Assembly (NCBI RefSeq): GCF_006345805.1
Contig: NC_043021.1
Coordinates: 8,308,001-8,372,000 of the forward strand
Length of the DNA stretch: 64,000 bases
Origin: Octopus sinensis
Taxonomy: Eukaryota
Direction of reading: 5' to 3'
Part shown: positions 24,725 to 38,524 of the stretch, piece after piece
How the letters are laid out: each line of letters opens with the position of its first letter
Position numbering within the stretch: the stretch's first letter is position 1
Translations under genes and position numbers: made by a program
Notes under the pieces: generated by a model
What the model was told of the DNA's origin: nothing
Seen by the model: only the letters and a program-made list of their open reading frames with translations
Database searches by the model: none

Positions 24725-25205
24725 ATACAGCTTCTTGTTCAGTACTGTTAACATTTGGTTCTTGGGTGATAAAGACATACCACAACTCTTGGTTTAATAA
24801 CTCTCTTGAATACCCGGGAGGCAGGACATATCACAGATTCTTATTTAACCCTTTAGCATTCAGGTTTTTCTGTCAAATGCAATGCTTGAAATTACAGCTA
24901 AATATCCCTCAAATTGCATCCATCTGACTGTCATTATTCTAATTTTCCATCTCTTCTGATGAGACAGAGAGGTTAGTCAGTAACCTTAAAGACATGTAAA
25001 AATTTGAAGTGCGGTGCATCTTACTGAATGGTGATTTGTCCAACATCAGCTTCTTGTTCAGTACTGTTAACATTTGGTTCTTGGGTGATAAACACATACC
25101 ACAACTCTTAGTTTAATAACTCTGTTTAGTACCCAGGAGGCAGGACATATCACAGATTCTTATTTAACCATTTAGCATTCAGGTTTTTCTGTCAAATGCA
25201 ATGCT
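24725..25205. repeat. Direct duplication (~160-bp block, ~315-bp period) spanning a MITE junction
   Basis: cagcttcttgttcagtactgttaac...ttctgtcaaatgcaatgctt present twice. Confidence 0.75.
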
Positions 25206-25396
25206 TCTTTATTCACATTGTTTTGAATTAATCAAGTATTATCTCGTAACTTTGAGATTTTGATAATGTGATTGTTTATTTATTTGTTAGACTGACATTG
25301 TCAGTTAGGTGTGAGAGGCCAGATCAAGCCAGTTCAAACAGAAAACAGGTGGAATATTTTGGCTGGATATTGCCAGTTTAAATGTCTAAAGGGTAA
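25167..25396. mobile_element. piggyBac-like MITE (second family)
   Basis: ttaacc(c/a)tttagcattc...aaatgtctaaagggtaaa termini. Confidence 0.55.
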
Positions 25397-25479
25397 ACAC
25401 TCTCACCCAGTCCTTAGATGAAAGGTCATAACACAATTTCTGGTTTAACGTCACCACCTGATTCTTATTTTTTTATTGC

Positions 25480-25845
25480 CCACAAGGGGCTAAACATAGA
25501 GGGGACAAACAAGGACATTAAGTTGATTACATTGACCCCAGTGCATAACTTAATTTATCGATCCCTGAAAGGATGAAAGGCAAAGTCGACCTCGGCGGAA
25601 TTTGAACTCAGAACGTAACGGCAGATGAAATACCTATTTCTTTACTACCCACAAGGGACTAAACACAGAGGGGATAAACAAGGACAGACAAAGGGATAAA
25701 GTTGATTACATCAACCCCAGGTCGTAACTGGTACTTATTTAATCGACCCCGAAAGGATGAAAGGCAAAGTCGACCTCCGTGGAATTTGAACTCAGAACAT
25801 AACGGCAGATGAAATACTGCTGAGCATTTCGCTAGCTCGCCACCT
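25480..25845 (-). mobile_element. SINE family A tandem dimer
   Basis: Same gaaatac|ctatttc junction as the other arrays. Confidence 0.8.
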
Positions 25846-26140
25846 GATTCTACCCATTTTAATACCATAAAGTAGTTGTTGGATATCTTTGGTAGAATTC
25901 TCTCTGTTCTAAGTACCTGAATCTACCCCACATTTGTTTTTTTTTTTTTTTTGTTTTTTTTTTACCTGTAGACATTAATCGACAGATGTTCAGGTTGGCT
26001 ATTATTAATACCAATGTAACCTGTTTGGTGGTGTTGGGGTGGAACAGCAAAGATCAATGTTACTGTCCCTCTCTCCTTGAAATAACTCATACAAATGTTG
26101 TTACAATGATTCAGGCTATTCTATCACGTGTTAAGCCAAT

Positions 26141-26184
<44 letters not shown>

Positions 26185-27979
26185 TAACAATAATGATCAT
26201 GTTTTATTTCTCAATAAGTTTTCGAAGAATGTGACGGTTTTCCATTTAATCGGGTGTGGTGCAGGTACAAACGTCATAGGAATGGTGTGGGTGTAATAGG
26301 AGTGGTGTGCACAGGATAGGACCGTGTGAATGTAATCATTGGTGTACATCCGTCTGTAATATCTATGATATGGATCCCTGTGGTTGGGAGTTCCATATAT
26401 GTGATTTTGGTGGGTGGGGTCCATGCAAGCGAAATTTTGAAGTAGTATTTTGAGGGTCGACGTAAACATTTTGGTTTAGACATATTTATAGCAAGAAAAG
26501 GACACGTAAAACTTGATGTCCAGTGCATCTTATTGACAAATGAAATAGGAATTTTGAAAGAGGTATCTATAAAACTAGTTTCTAAATGTCAAATGGCTAT
26601 AGGGGGGGGGATTCACCAGGGTAAGATAGTAATCAAAGGGGTCCATAGATTAAAAAAACAAAAAAAACTGGTGTAAGTTGAAAGAAATGTCAGCCTTAAG
26701 TTTCATTAATTGTTTCATTAATTGTTTTTTATGATGATAGCAACAGTGGTGGTGGCTGTGGGGGTGGCAGTAGGGGTGGTGGTGGCGGTGGGGTGGTGAT
26801 GATGGTGGTGGTGGTGGTGGCAGTGGGGTGGTGGTGATGATGATGATGGTGGTGGAGGTGGTGGTGGTGGTGATGATTACGAGGTTGCTGCCTTCATACA
26901 TCAGCACGTGATATCAGGGTCAGAGCTCTGAGGTTGCATGCAGGTCAACTTGATCGCCCAAGTTCAACAGATAGGATCATTGCATCTTTAATTACAATTG
27001 TTTATCTGTACAGAAGGACTTTTATAAGAGCCTTATTAAACCAACAGAACCATGACCAACAGACAGACATCAAGCTAGTTTGACAGACAGGTAGCAAAAC
27101 CCACACACACACACATCTATGTAATTAAAGGAAGGTTAAATACTTAATATATGAGGACCTCATTGGTGAAACAGTTTGCAAATTAACAGGCAAAGAAATG
27201 ACTCGAAAACTATATAATTTTGGCATGGAAATAATTCAATAATTAACGAATGTAAAATAATTCACTAATTGACCAATTAAAATTATTCACTAATTAGCAA
27301 ATTTAAAACCATTACAGGTATAATTTCAATGTTTAATTGTTTTTTTTCTTGTAATCTCCATTAGGTAGTTTGGATAAGTCTTAATTATGTGTTTGTACAT
27401 GCTGCACTCAAAGGAAAAACCCTAATGTACATGTGTGTGTGTGTGTGTTTGTGCTTGTGTATGTATGTATAGGTAGGTACAGTTAGACATGTACTGGACA
27501 GGTATGTTTCTCATAGTGCTTTCTCATGTGTGTATAAGTTTCTTAGTATTTATTATAAAACAGCCCTCTAAACAGCACCTTGTCTGACTCTATCAATCTA
27601 TACTCTAAGAGCACATAGTTAAGTATGAGCTAACGCATACATGCACACCCACACTCACACACACATACACACCTCTCTCTCTCTATCTATTTATCTATCT
27701 ATCTGTATGTATGTATAATATATATTGCATATATATATATCTACTTGCACAATATATATATTTCATACACAGATGACTATCTATCTGTTATATCATCATC
27801 ATCATCATCATCAACATCATCATTGTTATTATTATTCCGGCGGGGTAAACTTTGCCTTTCATCCTTTCGGAGTCGATAAATTAAGTACCAGTGAAACACT
27901 GGGGTCAATGTAATTGACTAGTCCCCTCCCCACAAATTTCAGGCATTGTGCTTCCAGTAGAAAGGATTATTATTATTAT

Positions 27980-28480
27980 TATTGAGTGAGAGAGCAGTGC
28001 ATGCCATCAAAGTGACACAGGGGTAAAATATACGAAGCCCAGTATACCCATCATGACTACCCGTCTGATGAGGGTACACTAGGCACATGCATCACAACCA
28101 TATGTGCGCGACATGGTGATCTCATAACAAGATAAATAGCGCATGACCTTGCAGGTGGGGCCCAGTTAGAATTTTCTTCTGGTCGAGTAGCCCATCCCGC
28201 TCAAAAGGTCCCTGAATAAGGGTTGTTTAAGAATGTTGAAAGAACCACCCATGTTTCCAGAGGTGAATTATTCAAACCCCAAAGAATTCCTCTCAACACA
28301 TGGCTATGATGCTCCCCCACTACTTCTGCTCGTGATCAGAGATGCACATATCGTCAGCCACTAAGGGACATGCTCAACTGGTTATGGTCAAACAACTGAC
28401 AAGCAAATCTGTGGTATTGAGCAAAATATTTGCTGTAGCCCATCTTTTATACCAAGACAAAACAATGTACATGATAACAC
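27980..28480 (-). mobile_element. ~500-bp family, most complete copy, (ATT)n on both sides
   Basis: Homology to 16958-17365; ATT runs at both borders. Confidence 0.65.
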
Positions 28481-28517
<37 letters not shown>

Positions 28518-29318
28518 AAGGCGGCCCCTCTCTAAACCCCACTTTTCACATTCTTTCACTACCTCATAGTGCTGCCACAACTCATAATGATTTTGGACAA
28601 GTTTAAGGCATTTGCTCATGATATTGGCAAAGGTTTCCTCCACTCTATTATACTGTGTACACTGTATCAAGCTGTGTACAACAAGCCCTGATGGAGAAGA
28701 TATATTTGGGAAACAGTGGAAACATTCGCTCATTCCTAAGCTTGACCCTCCAGCTTCTGGCCAAAACCTTGGTCTTGCACTACCAGTATGGTGCTCTCTG
28801 TGTCTTTTTTCGGTGCTCCTTTCTTCAGCCAATCCAATCTGTTTTCCATTAACTTCAATTAAGGTTACATGGAATTACTTGAATTGTCCCTTGTTGCATA
28901 GACTTCATGTCCCTTTTGTATTTCTTGCTGTGTTTCAATTTATTTTCCTTTGCTTTCAATATGCTCTCATCCCCTAACTGACACTAGCATGCTTTCCTTT
29001 CTTTGGGGGTAGGCATCTCAACTATCATCATCATCATCATCATCATCATTATTGTTAGGTGGAGAGCTGGCAGAAACATTAGCATGCCAGACAAAATGCT
29101 TAGCGGTATATTGTCTGTCTTTACGCTCTGAGTTCAAATTCCACCAAGGTCGACTTCACCTTTCATCCTTTTGGGGTTGAGAAATTAAGTACCAGTTGCA
29201 TACTGGGGTCGATCTAATCGACTGGACCCCCTCCCCTAAAATTTCAGGCCTTGTGCCTTTAGTAGAAAGGATTATTATTGTTGTTGTTGTTATCATCATC
29301 ATCATCATCAAATTATTA

Positions 29319-29350
<32 letters not shown>

Positions 29351-29408
29351 ATTATATTATTATTAATTATTATTATTATTATTATTATTATTAATATTAT
29401 TATTATTA

Positions 29409-29458
<50 letters not shown>

Positions 29459-29611
29459 CTGCCGAGATCGACTGTTGCCTTTCATCCTTTCATCCCTTGC
29501 CCCAAAATGTGAGGCTTTGTGCTTCCAACAGAAAGGATATATTATTATTATTATTACCACCGAGGTCGATCTTGCCTTTCATTCTTTCAGGGTCGATATA
29601 TATATATATAG

Positions 29612-29647
<36 letters not shown>

Positions 29648-29996
29648 ATATATATATATATATATAGATATAAATTAAATTAGAGATAAAACCACTATTA
29701 GCAAATCAAACAGTGAAAAACATAAACCAAAACAGAAATAAAATTAATTAATATAAAATACAAAATATATAAAATATAAAATTTAAATTATTTAAATTAT
29801 TTAAATTTAAAATTAAAACTATTAATTTATATTTATAATTTTTTTATGTATATATGTGCGTGTGTGTGTATATGAATATGGTGCCCCAGCATGGCCGCGG
29901 CCTTCGGGCTAAAACATTTTTAAGGATTTAAGGATTTATACATTTATGTATATATGTATGTATATATATGTATATATGTATGTATATATATATGTG

Positions 29997-30032
<36 letters not shown>

Positions 30033-31129
30033 TATATACATACATACATACATACATCATACATACATACATACACACATACACATACACACACACACAC
30101 ATACATACACATACACACACACACACACATACACACATACATACATACAAACAAAACCTCGGAGTCGCTGTCAACAACATTCTTGTAATAAATTTGTTCT
30201 TTACAAACGTATATATATATATATATGCATGTGCGCGTGCTTTTAATCTAATTCGCATATTCAGAAGCGAGTATATATATATATATAAAGATAGATAGAA
30301 CGACAAGCAGATAGGGAGTTGTGTAAGACAACCGTTCCTCTCTCTCTCGCTCTCTCTCTCTGTCTTTTGTCTAGAGAGCAGTTTATCAATCAGCTGACAC
30401 AGAGCTGCTGAACACGCGCTGGAAGCGTGGATCGGACCTGAATTAAGCGTGATCGCTGCAATGGTTGTACAGTAACACTTTAACTTACTCATCACTCGCA
30501 TTGATTCACTCACTCACTCACTCACTCTCTTGCTCGTTTACTCATTCATTCACTCACTCACTCTCTGTCTATTTTCTCTCTTCGCACCACACATAGTTGT
30601 GCACTTGTCTCTTTTGGATGGATGCCTCACCTATTAGAAATAGCAGTTAAATCTCCTCCTTTAATGCATACCTTCAAAGATGAATAAAGGGATATAAACA
30701 TCGGATAATATAATGCTAGATAGATAATATGTGAATTATGTGAATTAAAGACGAGATGGGCACAGCTGGAAAGTCGTTTAAAATAAATTCCAGTCGATCA
30801 AAGGGATTATTTCTTTTCGTTCTTAGCTAGGTATTATGTATGATATACACACCTGTAAATTGTATACATATGTATATATATATATATATGCATATATATT
30901 TATATGTGTGTGTGTGTGTGTGTGTTTGTCTCCCCACCACCGTTTGACGACCGGTGTTGGTGTATTTGCATCCCCGTTGTCTCGCAGTTCGACGAAAGAG
31001 ACCGACAAAATGAATACCTGGCTTAAAAATTAAGAACGGGGGTCGATTCAGTTGACTAAAGATTCAAGGCGGTGCCCCAGCATGGCCGTAGTCAAATGAC
31101 TGAAACGAGTAATTGATACACACACATTC

Positions 31130-31165
<36 letters not shown>

Positions 31166-31484
31166 GACAGACAGACAGATAGATAGATGCAAGTATTGTA
31201 TTTCGGAACGGTCATTTTTTTTTTTTTTTTGACAAATAAATACACGCACTCTATATTCGTTCTTCACACGTTTATTAATGTTCTTATTTTAACTCATATC
31301 CATTGTCCGGAAATCTTTCGTCACACACCTGTGACCTCTTCAGCGACACTTTCCGTTCTCGTGTATCCTTCTGTTCCGCTCAGTCCATTCTCAACAGAAA
31401 CTCATATATGTGTAAGCTCATATGTTTTAAGATTATATTTATAAGAAAAAAGGCGACAAAGGAATAACGGATTATCTTACGAAC

Positions 31485-31655
31485 TTCATTAGCTTACAGC
31501 TGTTTCCATTATCAGATACGGTGGACTCATAGTTAAGTGCCTGAATAACACCTCACAGTTTCATCAGAGCCCCAGACATGAAGTGCACTTAGGCACTCAT
31601 CTGAGAGTCCACCGGGTCCAGTAGCGGAAACAGCTGTGAGCTATTGAAGGTCATA
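31485..31655. repeat. Old imperfect inverted repeat with hammerhead-like remnants
   Basis: agcttacagctgtttcc / ggaaacagctgtgagct; cggtggactc / gagtccaccg; agtgcct / aggcact. Confidence 0.65.
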
Positions 31656-32644
31656 AGATAATTATTCCATTATCACATCTTTTTTCTTATTATTGCTCTG
31701 TACTCGTCTAACACTTCGTTCTGAAACATACGCATGGAGTTCTACGTCAGGTTATTAGTACAGGAATGCCTGAGCGAAATATATATCTGCTAGCTGACCC
31801 CGTGCTGTCAAAAATGACGGATAACTGTAGTATTTTATATATAAATATGGTTGGTAAACCAAATTAATACACTTGTCAATGTTATCTAGTGGTTGTCTTT
31901 TGAGATGTGACATCAATCATCGTTTGTTACTGAAAGAACACTGGTTCACACATACAACCATTCACATATACTTCCCTTGTACACGCACACGCATACATAC
32001 ACATATATATTCACGCAGAGTTGAAACGCTGTTTGACTTTTCTTTTCAGCGTTGAATGTTCACCACCCCACTTCTATTGCACACACACACACACACATAT
32101 GCTCACATGGAGTTGAAACGCTTCCACTACCAGTTTGCCATCACCCCCTCCCTTCCTCATTCATCCGTCACCCCTTCCTTTCTCATTCATATGTTGTGAC
32201 GGCGAAAAACAAGAGTTTTATTATAGTAGATATTTCTCACTCCCTCATCTTTCTACTATCACGTCGCTCTCTTACCAGAATTTCCCCTTTTTCTTCAACC
32301 TACTCTGGTCTCTCTGTCTACATATTTCTCCCCCCCTCCACTGCAATCACATCTTCCTTTCTTCTCCCTCTTTCTTTTTATACCACATTTTCTCCCCCAT
32401 TACTTCCTTCTTGCTCCTCACACTATCACACCGTTTGTTTCCTTCTACAGAAACCATCAACATTTCGCCCCTTGTTGAAAGATATTTTTTATCCTTACCC
32501 TCAACTGCCACCACCTCCGTCTCTGTCTTTGTGGTTCGCCCTGTTATTTACATAAACGTACATTGACTCATACATACACATATGTGCACATGCTCACACT
32601 CAATGCACTCAAACATCATATATATATATATATATACATATATA

Positions 32645-32817
32645 CTTTATTTCAAAGCAGCAGAAATTCAACAAAACCTGTTACTCGGAGTGGGAACGTG
32701 AAACTCCGAGTAACAGGTTTTGTTGAATTTCTCCTGCTTTTAAATAAAGCATATTACTCTACCCTGGTATTTGAGTACTCTTTTTTTTCACCTGTTTCAC
32801 ATTTATGCGTTTACTCC

Positions 32818-32820
<3 letters not shown>
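32645..32820. mobile_element. Family HH-B element with the inversion breakpoint inside the ribozyme
   Basis: 47-bp inverted arm, then gggaacgtGAAACTCCGAGTAACAGG; (TA)n on both sides. Confidence 0.7.
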
Positions 32821-32859
<39 letters not shown>

Positions 32860-32860
32860 T

Positions 32861-32934
<74 letters not shown>

Positions 32935-33375
32935 GGAGTTAATCCAAACATGAAAACACAACGCGAGGACGTGAAACAAGTATAGTATTATTGGACGTTC
33001 ATATATATATATGTATATACACCCACGTATATGCACACGTGTATACACATGTATATGTGCACACCACATACGCGTGGTTGGTGTTGACAGTTTCATGTCT
33101 GACCGAAATTTGAGCCTCGCACCCCGTTACATTTACTAACACACCCCCCCCCAACTTTCTCTCTCATCCCCATCTCTCTCTCACACACACGTACACACAC
33201 AGTGCGTATTACTGTACACCAGTCGGGTGCATTTGTACTAATAACTAGTCATGCAATCTGCTTCGAAGAAGCACTGCACACTTCGATAGGTTTTGTAAGC
33301 AAGGCGAGCACTGTGATGTAAGATAGTAAGAAAGCTGAGGGGAAGCCAGGAGGGGAGTAGTATGTACCAGTAATA

Positions 33376-33799
33376 GGATCTTTTCGGTTTGAACGGCAGT
33401 TTTTTAACATAATTTCTAGGTAACTAAAAAATTGTAAACTTCGTATACTGGTAGAATGTGTTTATAAAACATCTTTTTCTCTTGGCTTTATTGAGAAAAT
33501 TCTATAGTTTGTAAGATATTTGTTGTTTTTTTTTTCTTCTTCAATTTCTGCAATTTCAACCAATCAATGACGTCCATTGAGGTAAAAAACATTCTGTGCT
33601 GTATGAATATGTCCCTCGTTTAAGAAACAGATTGGGTTTAATTTACATTTGTGAAGAAAAAAAAGCTACCCTTTCCCCAACCCTAACCCTAACCCTAAAA
33701 CATTTTGAAATGCAATAGATCGATACTAGGGTCATAATTATGGGTGACAATTTCATATGACACCGCTAGAAAAAACTGCCGTTCAAACCGAAAAGATCC
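33376..33799. mobile_element. MITE with ~29-bp TIRs, 8-bp TSD and internal telomere-like repeats
   Basis: GGATCTTTTCGGTTTGAACGGCAGTTTTT TIRs; TSD CAGTAATA at 33368-33375 and 33800-33807; (AACCCT)n near 33680. Confidence 0.85.
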
Positions 33800-34776
33800 C
33801 AGTAATATATTAAGGTTGGTTTACAAAAACAAAATATTACGACTTAGACTACCTTACTATCAGGTTCTAACGTAAGTTCTGTCCGTTTTTAAGGCTCAAT
33901 AAAGCAATTAAAAAGCAAAACAAAGCAATATCTGATTTTTTTCAATCGTTAATAGAATCACCATTCTTCTTTATGACATCATGCCATCAGTCAATGAGCT
34001 TTTTAATGTCGTCTTTATAAAATTCCTTAGGTTTACAAATGAAAAAGGAAATTAACTCATTTTTTTTTTCTTTTGCTCTTGAAGTAAGTCTTAATCCAAT
34101 CAAAGGGTTTTTTTTTTCTTTTAAACTTCTAATGGAGATTTGAAACATTTTCTGAATTAAACGTCGGTTCAGAAAAAAAAAAAAAAATAAAGACAATATA
34201 TCTCGAACAGAAATGATAGTTGTAGGATGGTCAGAAAATCACGGATAGGGTAGTGGGAAGAGAGAAATCAAAGTTAGTCAGCTTATTCTGACGCTGGTGT
34301 ACATTTCAAAAGTTTAGCAGGTACTTCTGGATGTATGGGCATCTCGTAAATATCTCTGATCTTGTGATAACAGTTTAGAAAATAGACGTAACTGTTGGTG
34401 TTATGTACTCTGAGCCGTTTTCAACTTTAGATAAGTTGCATCTTTTAGATCGATTTATGTATGGTCTACTCATCACTAAAATTTTCCACTTGATGTCTTT
34501 TTAAATGCCAGATGAAACCTGAAGGAGCAGGATATTGGCTTTGACATCAGGTGGAAATAGTAGAAAGGAGCATACACAAATTAGTCTAAAATGTGCAACT
34601 TATGTACAGCTGTATTGAGTACACTGTTCGCAGTAGTGTGAATTCATTAACTATATATATATTATATATCGAGAGAGAAAGAGATATATACATATATATG
34701 TATACACACACATTTGCATATATACCTATACATATATGCATGCGTGTATATATATGCATATATATATATACATATA

Positions 34777-34811
<35 letters not shown>

Positions 34812-34843
34812 CATATATATATATGCATATAATATATATATAT

Positions 34844-34901
<58 letters not shown>

Positions 34902-34911
34902 CATTATATAT

Positions 34912-34943
<32 letters not shown>

Positions 34944-35140
34944 TCACACTCAAACGCACGCACGCGCGTATCAGATGCGTATATTCTGCGTGTGGTAGGT
35001 GTATACAGCACTCTCACTGAAGAAGGTGAAATACATCGTAATTTTATAAAATTCAAAAATATAATCACAGCTCACAAAAGAAATCAAAATCTCCCTGTCT
35101 CTTCTTAATGAAATATTGTAACAGTTGCCTCGAGACAGTA

Positions 35141-35171
<31 letters not shown>

Positions 35172-35511
35172 TCCTACATCTAATTGTATCACGATATGGT
35201 ATTGCCCCGACGAGGAAATGAAAAAAACAAGGGGAAATATATTCGGTGACCGACATTCCGACAGCTCACATAAATTTTTACGAATACTGATTTTCTTTGA
35301 TTCTCTTCACCATAATTCTAATTTTGCAGTATCGCGATTTGATATGATCTTAATTATTTATCATAACAAACTCTCAGAAATAAATATATATATATATATA
35401 TATATATATGGTTTATTTTTTTCGTGTAATAGTTTATTGCCAGTTAGATAGCAGTAGATTTAGCACGAGAGAAAACAGTGCACAGCATGTGATTGCCACA
35501 CGCAGGTAATC

Positions 35512-35557
<46 letters not shown>

Positions 35558-36175
35558 TGATAAAAATGGTAAGACAACAAAGGAATGAAAGAGACCTCGA
35601 TATTATGTAAATAGAGGAATTTATCTGTAAATGTAATACGTGACAATTATTCAGTTTACAGATATATACATATATATGGTGGTGCCCCAGCATGACCGCA
35701 GCTTTAAAACTGAAACGATTTAAAGAAGATATATATATATATACACACACACATGCATATATGTATGCATGTATGTACGTGTGTAGGTATTTGTGCGTAT
35801 GTAATATATATATATATCATATATTATTTATATTATATACATGCATACATCAATCTGCACACCACTTTAAACAATCTATATACATACATGCATATGTATA
35901 TATGCAGAGAAAAGAATAGAACCAAACTCATGTATTGTATATATTCTACACACAGGTAATAATATATATAATGCAAACTTATACGCACACACACAAACAC
36001 TGTATTTTATAAAAATACATACACAGATATATTTACACACGCACTAGTCACTTGACTGCGGCCATGACTGCGGCCATGCTGGAGTGCTGCCTTTAGTCGA
36101 ACAAATCGGCCCCAGGACATATTCTGTGTAAGCCTAGTACTTATCCTATCGGTCTCTTTCGCCGAACCGCTAAGT

Positions 36176-36206
<31 letters not shown>

Positions 36207-36481
36207 AGTGGCGTACTGGTTCTAAAAATATTGGTTGCCAGGAGACTTAGCAACCATAATGCTATCATTAAAGTACCTGCAACTATAATGCTATCATTAA
36301 ATTATTTTTTGTTGTTAAAAGTATTCTTTTCGAATGTCTACAAACACAGCCAGGCTGAAATAATTAATGCATTCTTCCAGGAGTGAATGAAAAATTCTCA
36401 AATTTGAGGAGATGGGCCCCTTAGATACTAACAGCCCCCCCCCCCATCGGGCAAGCTGGGAATCTGGCCATTCCGCTATTG

Positions 36482-36544
<63 letters not shown>

Positions 36545-36610
36545 TGTAGGGGAAAATACACACATCTATTTGCATATATAAATAGATGTATATATATAAA
36601 TATATGTATA

Positions 36611-36658
<48 letters not shown>

Positions 36659-37383
36659 TATATATATACATCTATTTATATATAAATAGATGTGTGTATT
36701 TTTCCCTTGTTAACAATTAACAGGGAAAAATAGATAAATAGTTACCAGGGTAGCAAAAAAAAATCACTCCTTGTTTTTTTTATGGTGGAAACATGTATCG
36801 AAAGTAAAAGAATTTGAATAACACCTGCGTTTAACTCCATTTATATGTATGTGCCCCAGCATGGCCGCGGCCTTCGAGCTGAAAAATTTTAAAGGATATA
36901 TATATATATAATATTCATAAATATAAATACACACACACATATATAGGTGGAGGTAAAGAATACGTACCCCACCCGTTTTCGGCGTAACAAAAACCCTAGC
37001 CCTAAACCTTAACCCTAAAAACCTAACCCTTACCACTGGGTGCCCGTGTCCTTTACCTTCGCCCACATATACATACATACTCATATTTATAAATGTACAC
37101 ACTTGTTTATACAAACACGCATGCAATCTTAAGCTTTTAATATCTTGAAAGCTTTAACCATTATAGAAACAGCGATCTATTTCAAAAATGTTCTGAATAT
37201 TCTTCCTGGATGTTATGTAAAATTTTTTGAAGAGCGTGGAATTTAAGTTTCTGTGATGTATATATTTATAAATATATATCTATATATATATATATAAAGG
37301 GAGAAAGGGGGGGTGAAGAGTGAGAGAATTACTTCACTATATATCACTATATATATATATACTATATATATATATATATATAC

Positions 37384-37420
<37 letters not shown>

Positions 37421-37789
37421 AAAATTTTTGAAGAGCGTTGAGTTTAAGTTTCTGTGATGTATATATTTATAAATATTTATATATCTCTCTCTCTCTATAT
37501 ATATATAAAGGGAGAAAGAGAGGGTGAAGAGTGAGAGAGAATTACTTCACTATATATATATATTTATTTCTTATACATACATATTTTGTATGTGTGTGTG
37601 TGTGTTGTGTACAGAGAAAATCTGGAAGAGAGAGGAGAAAATTGGATAACGACACGGTTTTGGAGTCAGCCACTGGGCACGTGGACTGTGTTGTGTTTAT
37701 GAGTAAGAAACAATACATCTGATTGTATATACACACACACATATATATATATACACAGCCTTCTCTTCCTATCAGGCAATAACAGCATG

Positions 37790-38110
37790 TTTATACCATG
37801 TGGCTTGGCTGATGAAGCCAGCTCATTGCTACGACGGCGGTACGAGCCGTGTGTTCACGGTATCGGCAGTGACTGTTCACTCGCTGATCACGCACTTGTC
37901 TAACGTCCTTGACAGTCAATACAGCTGCCATGACCGACCAAAATTGTAGCTTAGCACGAGGTAGACGCCTCTTTCCAGCCGAACAGCCAATCAGATTGCA
38001 GTAAAATTTTTTCGGGGTAAACAAGCACATTGAATCAACGCGGTTTCTCCTAAGAAGCTGCTTCAGTGCGTCATAACATCCCGAGCTGGAAGCATCGTCT
38101 TCTTAATCGA
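37790..38110 (+). promoter_or_regulatory. Candidate promoter/5' region of the MDR gene
   Basis: Repeat-free, GC-richer island with AGCCAATCAG (CCAAT at 37987) and TGCGTCA (38067). A splice acceptor lies at 38389 just before the ATG. Confidence 0.35.
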
Positions 38111-38398
38111 TCTGCTATTATAAAACCCAATACTTTTTCAATTCTTTCTGCATATATAATAAATATATGTAGAACTGACAACTTATATACAACAGTTCCT
38201 ATATATTGCATTACCAACGACCATTTGATTTAATATTTTTAAAAACCTGAGAAAGAAATCCCTTTATTATTTTGTCTTTGTGAGGACAATTTAGGGATTG
38301 ATTCTTCTGTTATATTTTTGTGGAAGGCAGACAGAGACATCGTTAATTATCCTTTGACTTTTTTGTTTACCGTGTTTTTACCAAAACAGTTCCTCGCC

Positions 38399-38524
38399 AT
38401 GCCACAGCTTGAAGTTCTTTCCAACAACGAAATGAATCTAAACAGGAATTTAGGCTTGCTCCAAGCTTCCGTATCTTCAATTCTGCAACAACCTGAGGTA
38501 CCCAAAGGTGGTGCACTTGTTAAG
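38399..38524 (+). CDS. ADH-like exon 1 (MPQLEV...GALVK)
   Basis: ATG in gccATG context; donor AAG|gtaaat. Confidence 0.75.

Noticed and set aside
28374-28977. Overlapping 120-150-aa ORFs
   Set aside because: They run through a repeat and an (ATT)n tract, with no recognisable motifs.
35455-35515. Possible upstream non-coding exon of the ADH-like gene (cag|gtaatc donor)
   Set aside because: A donor-like motif alone is insufficient without transcript data.
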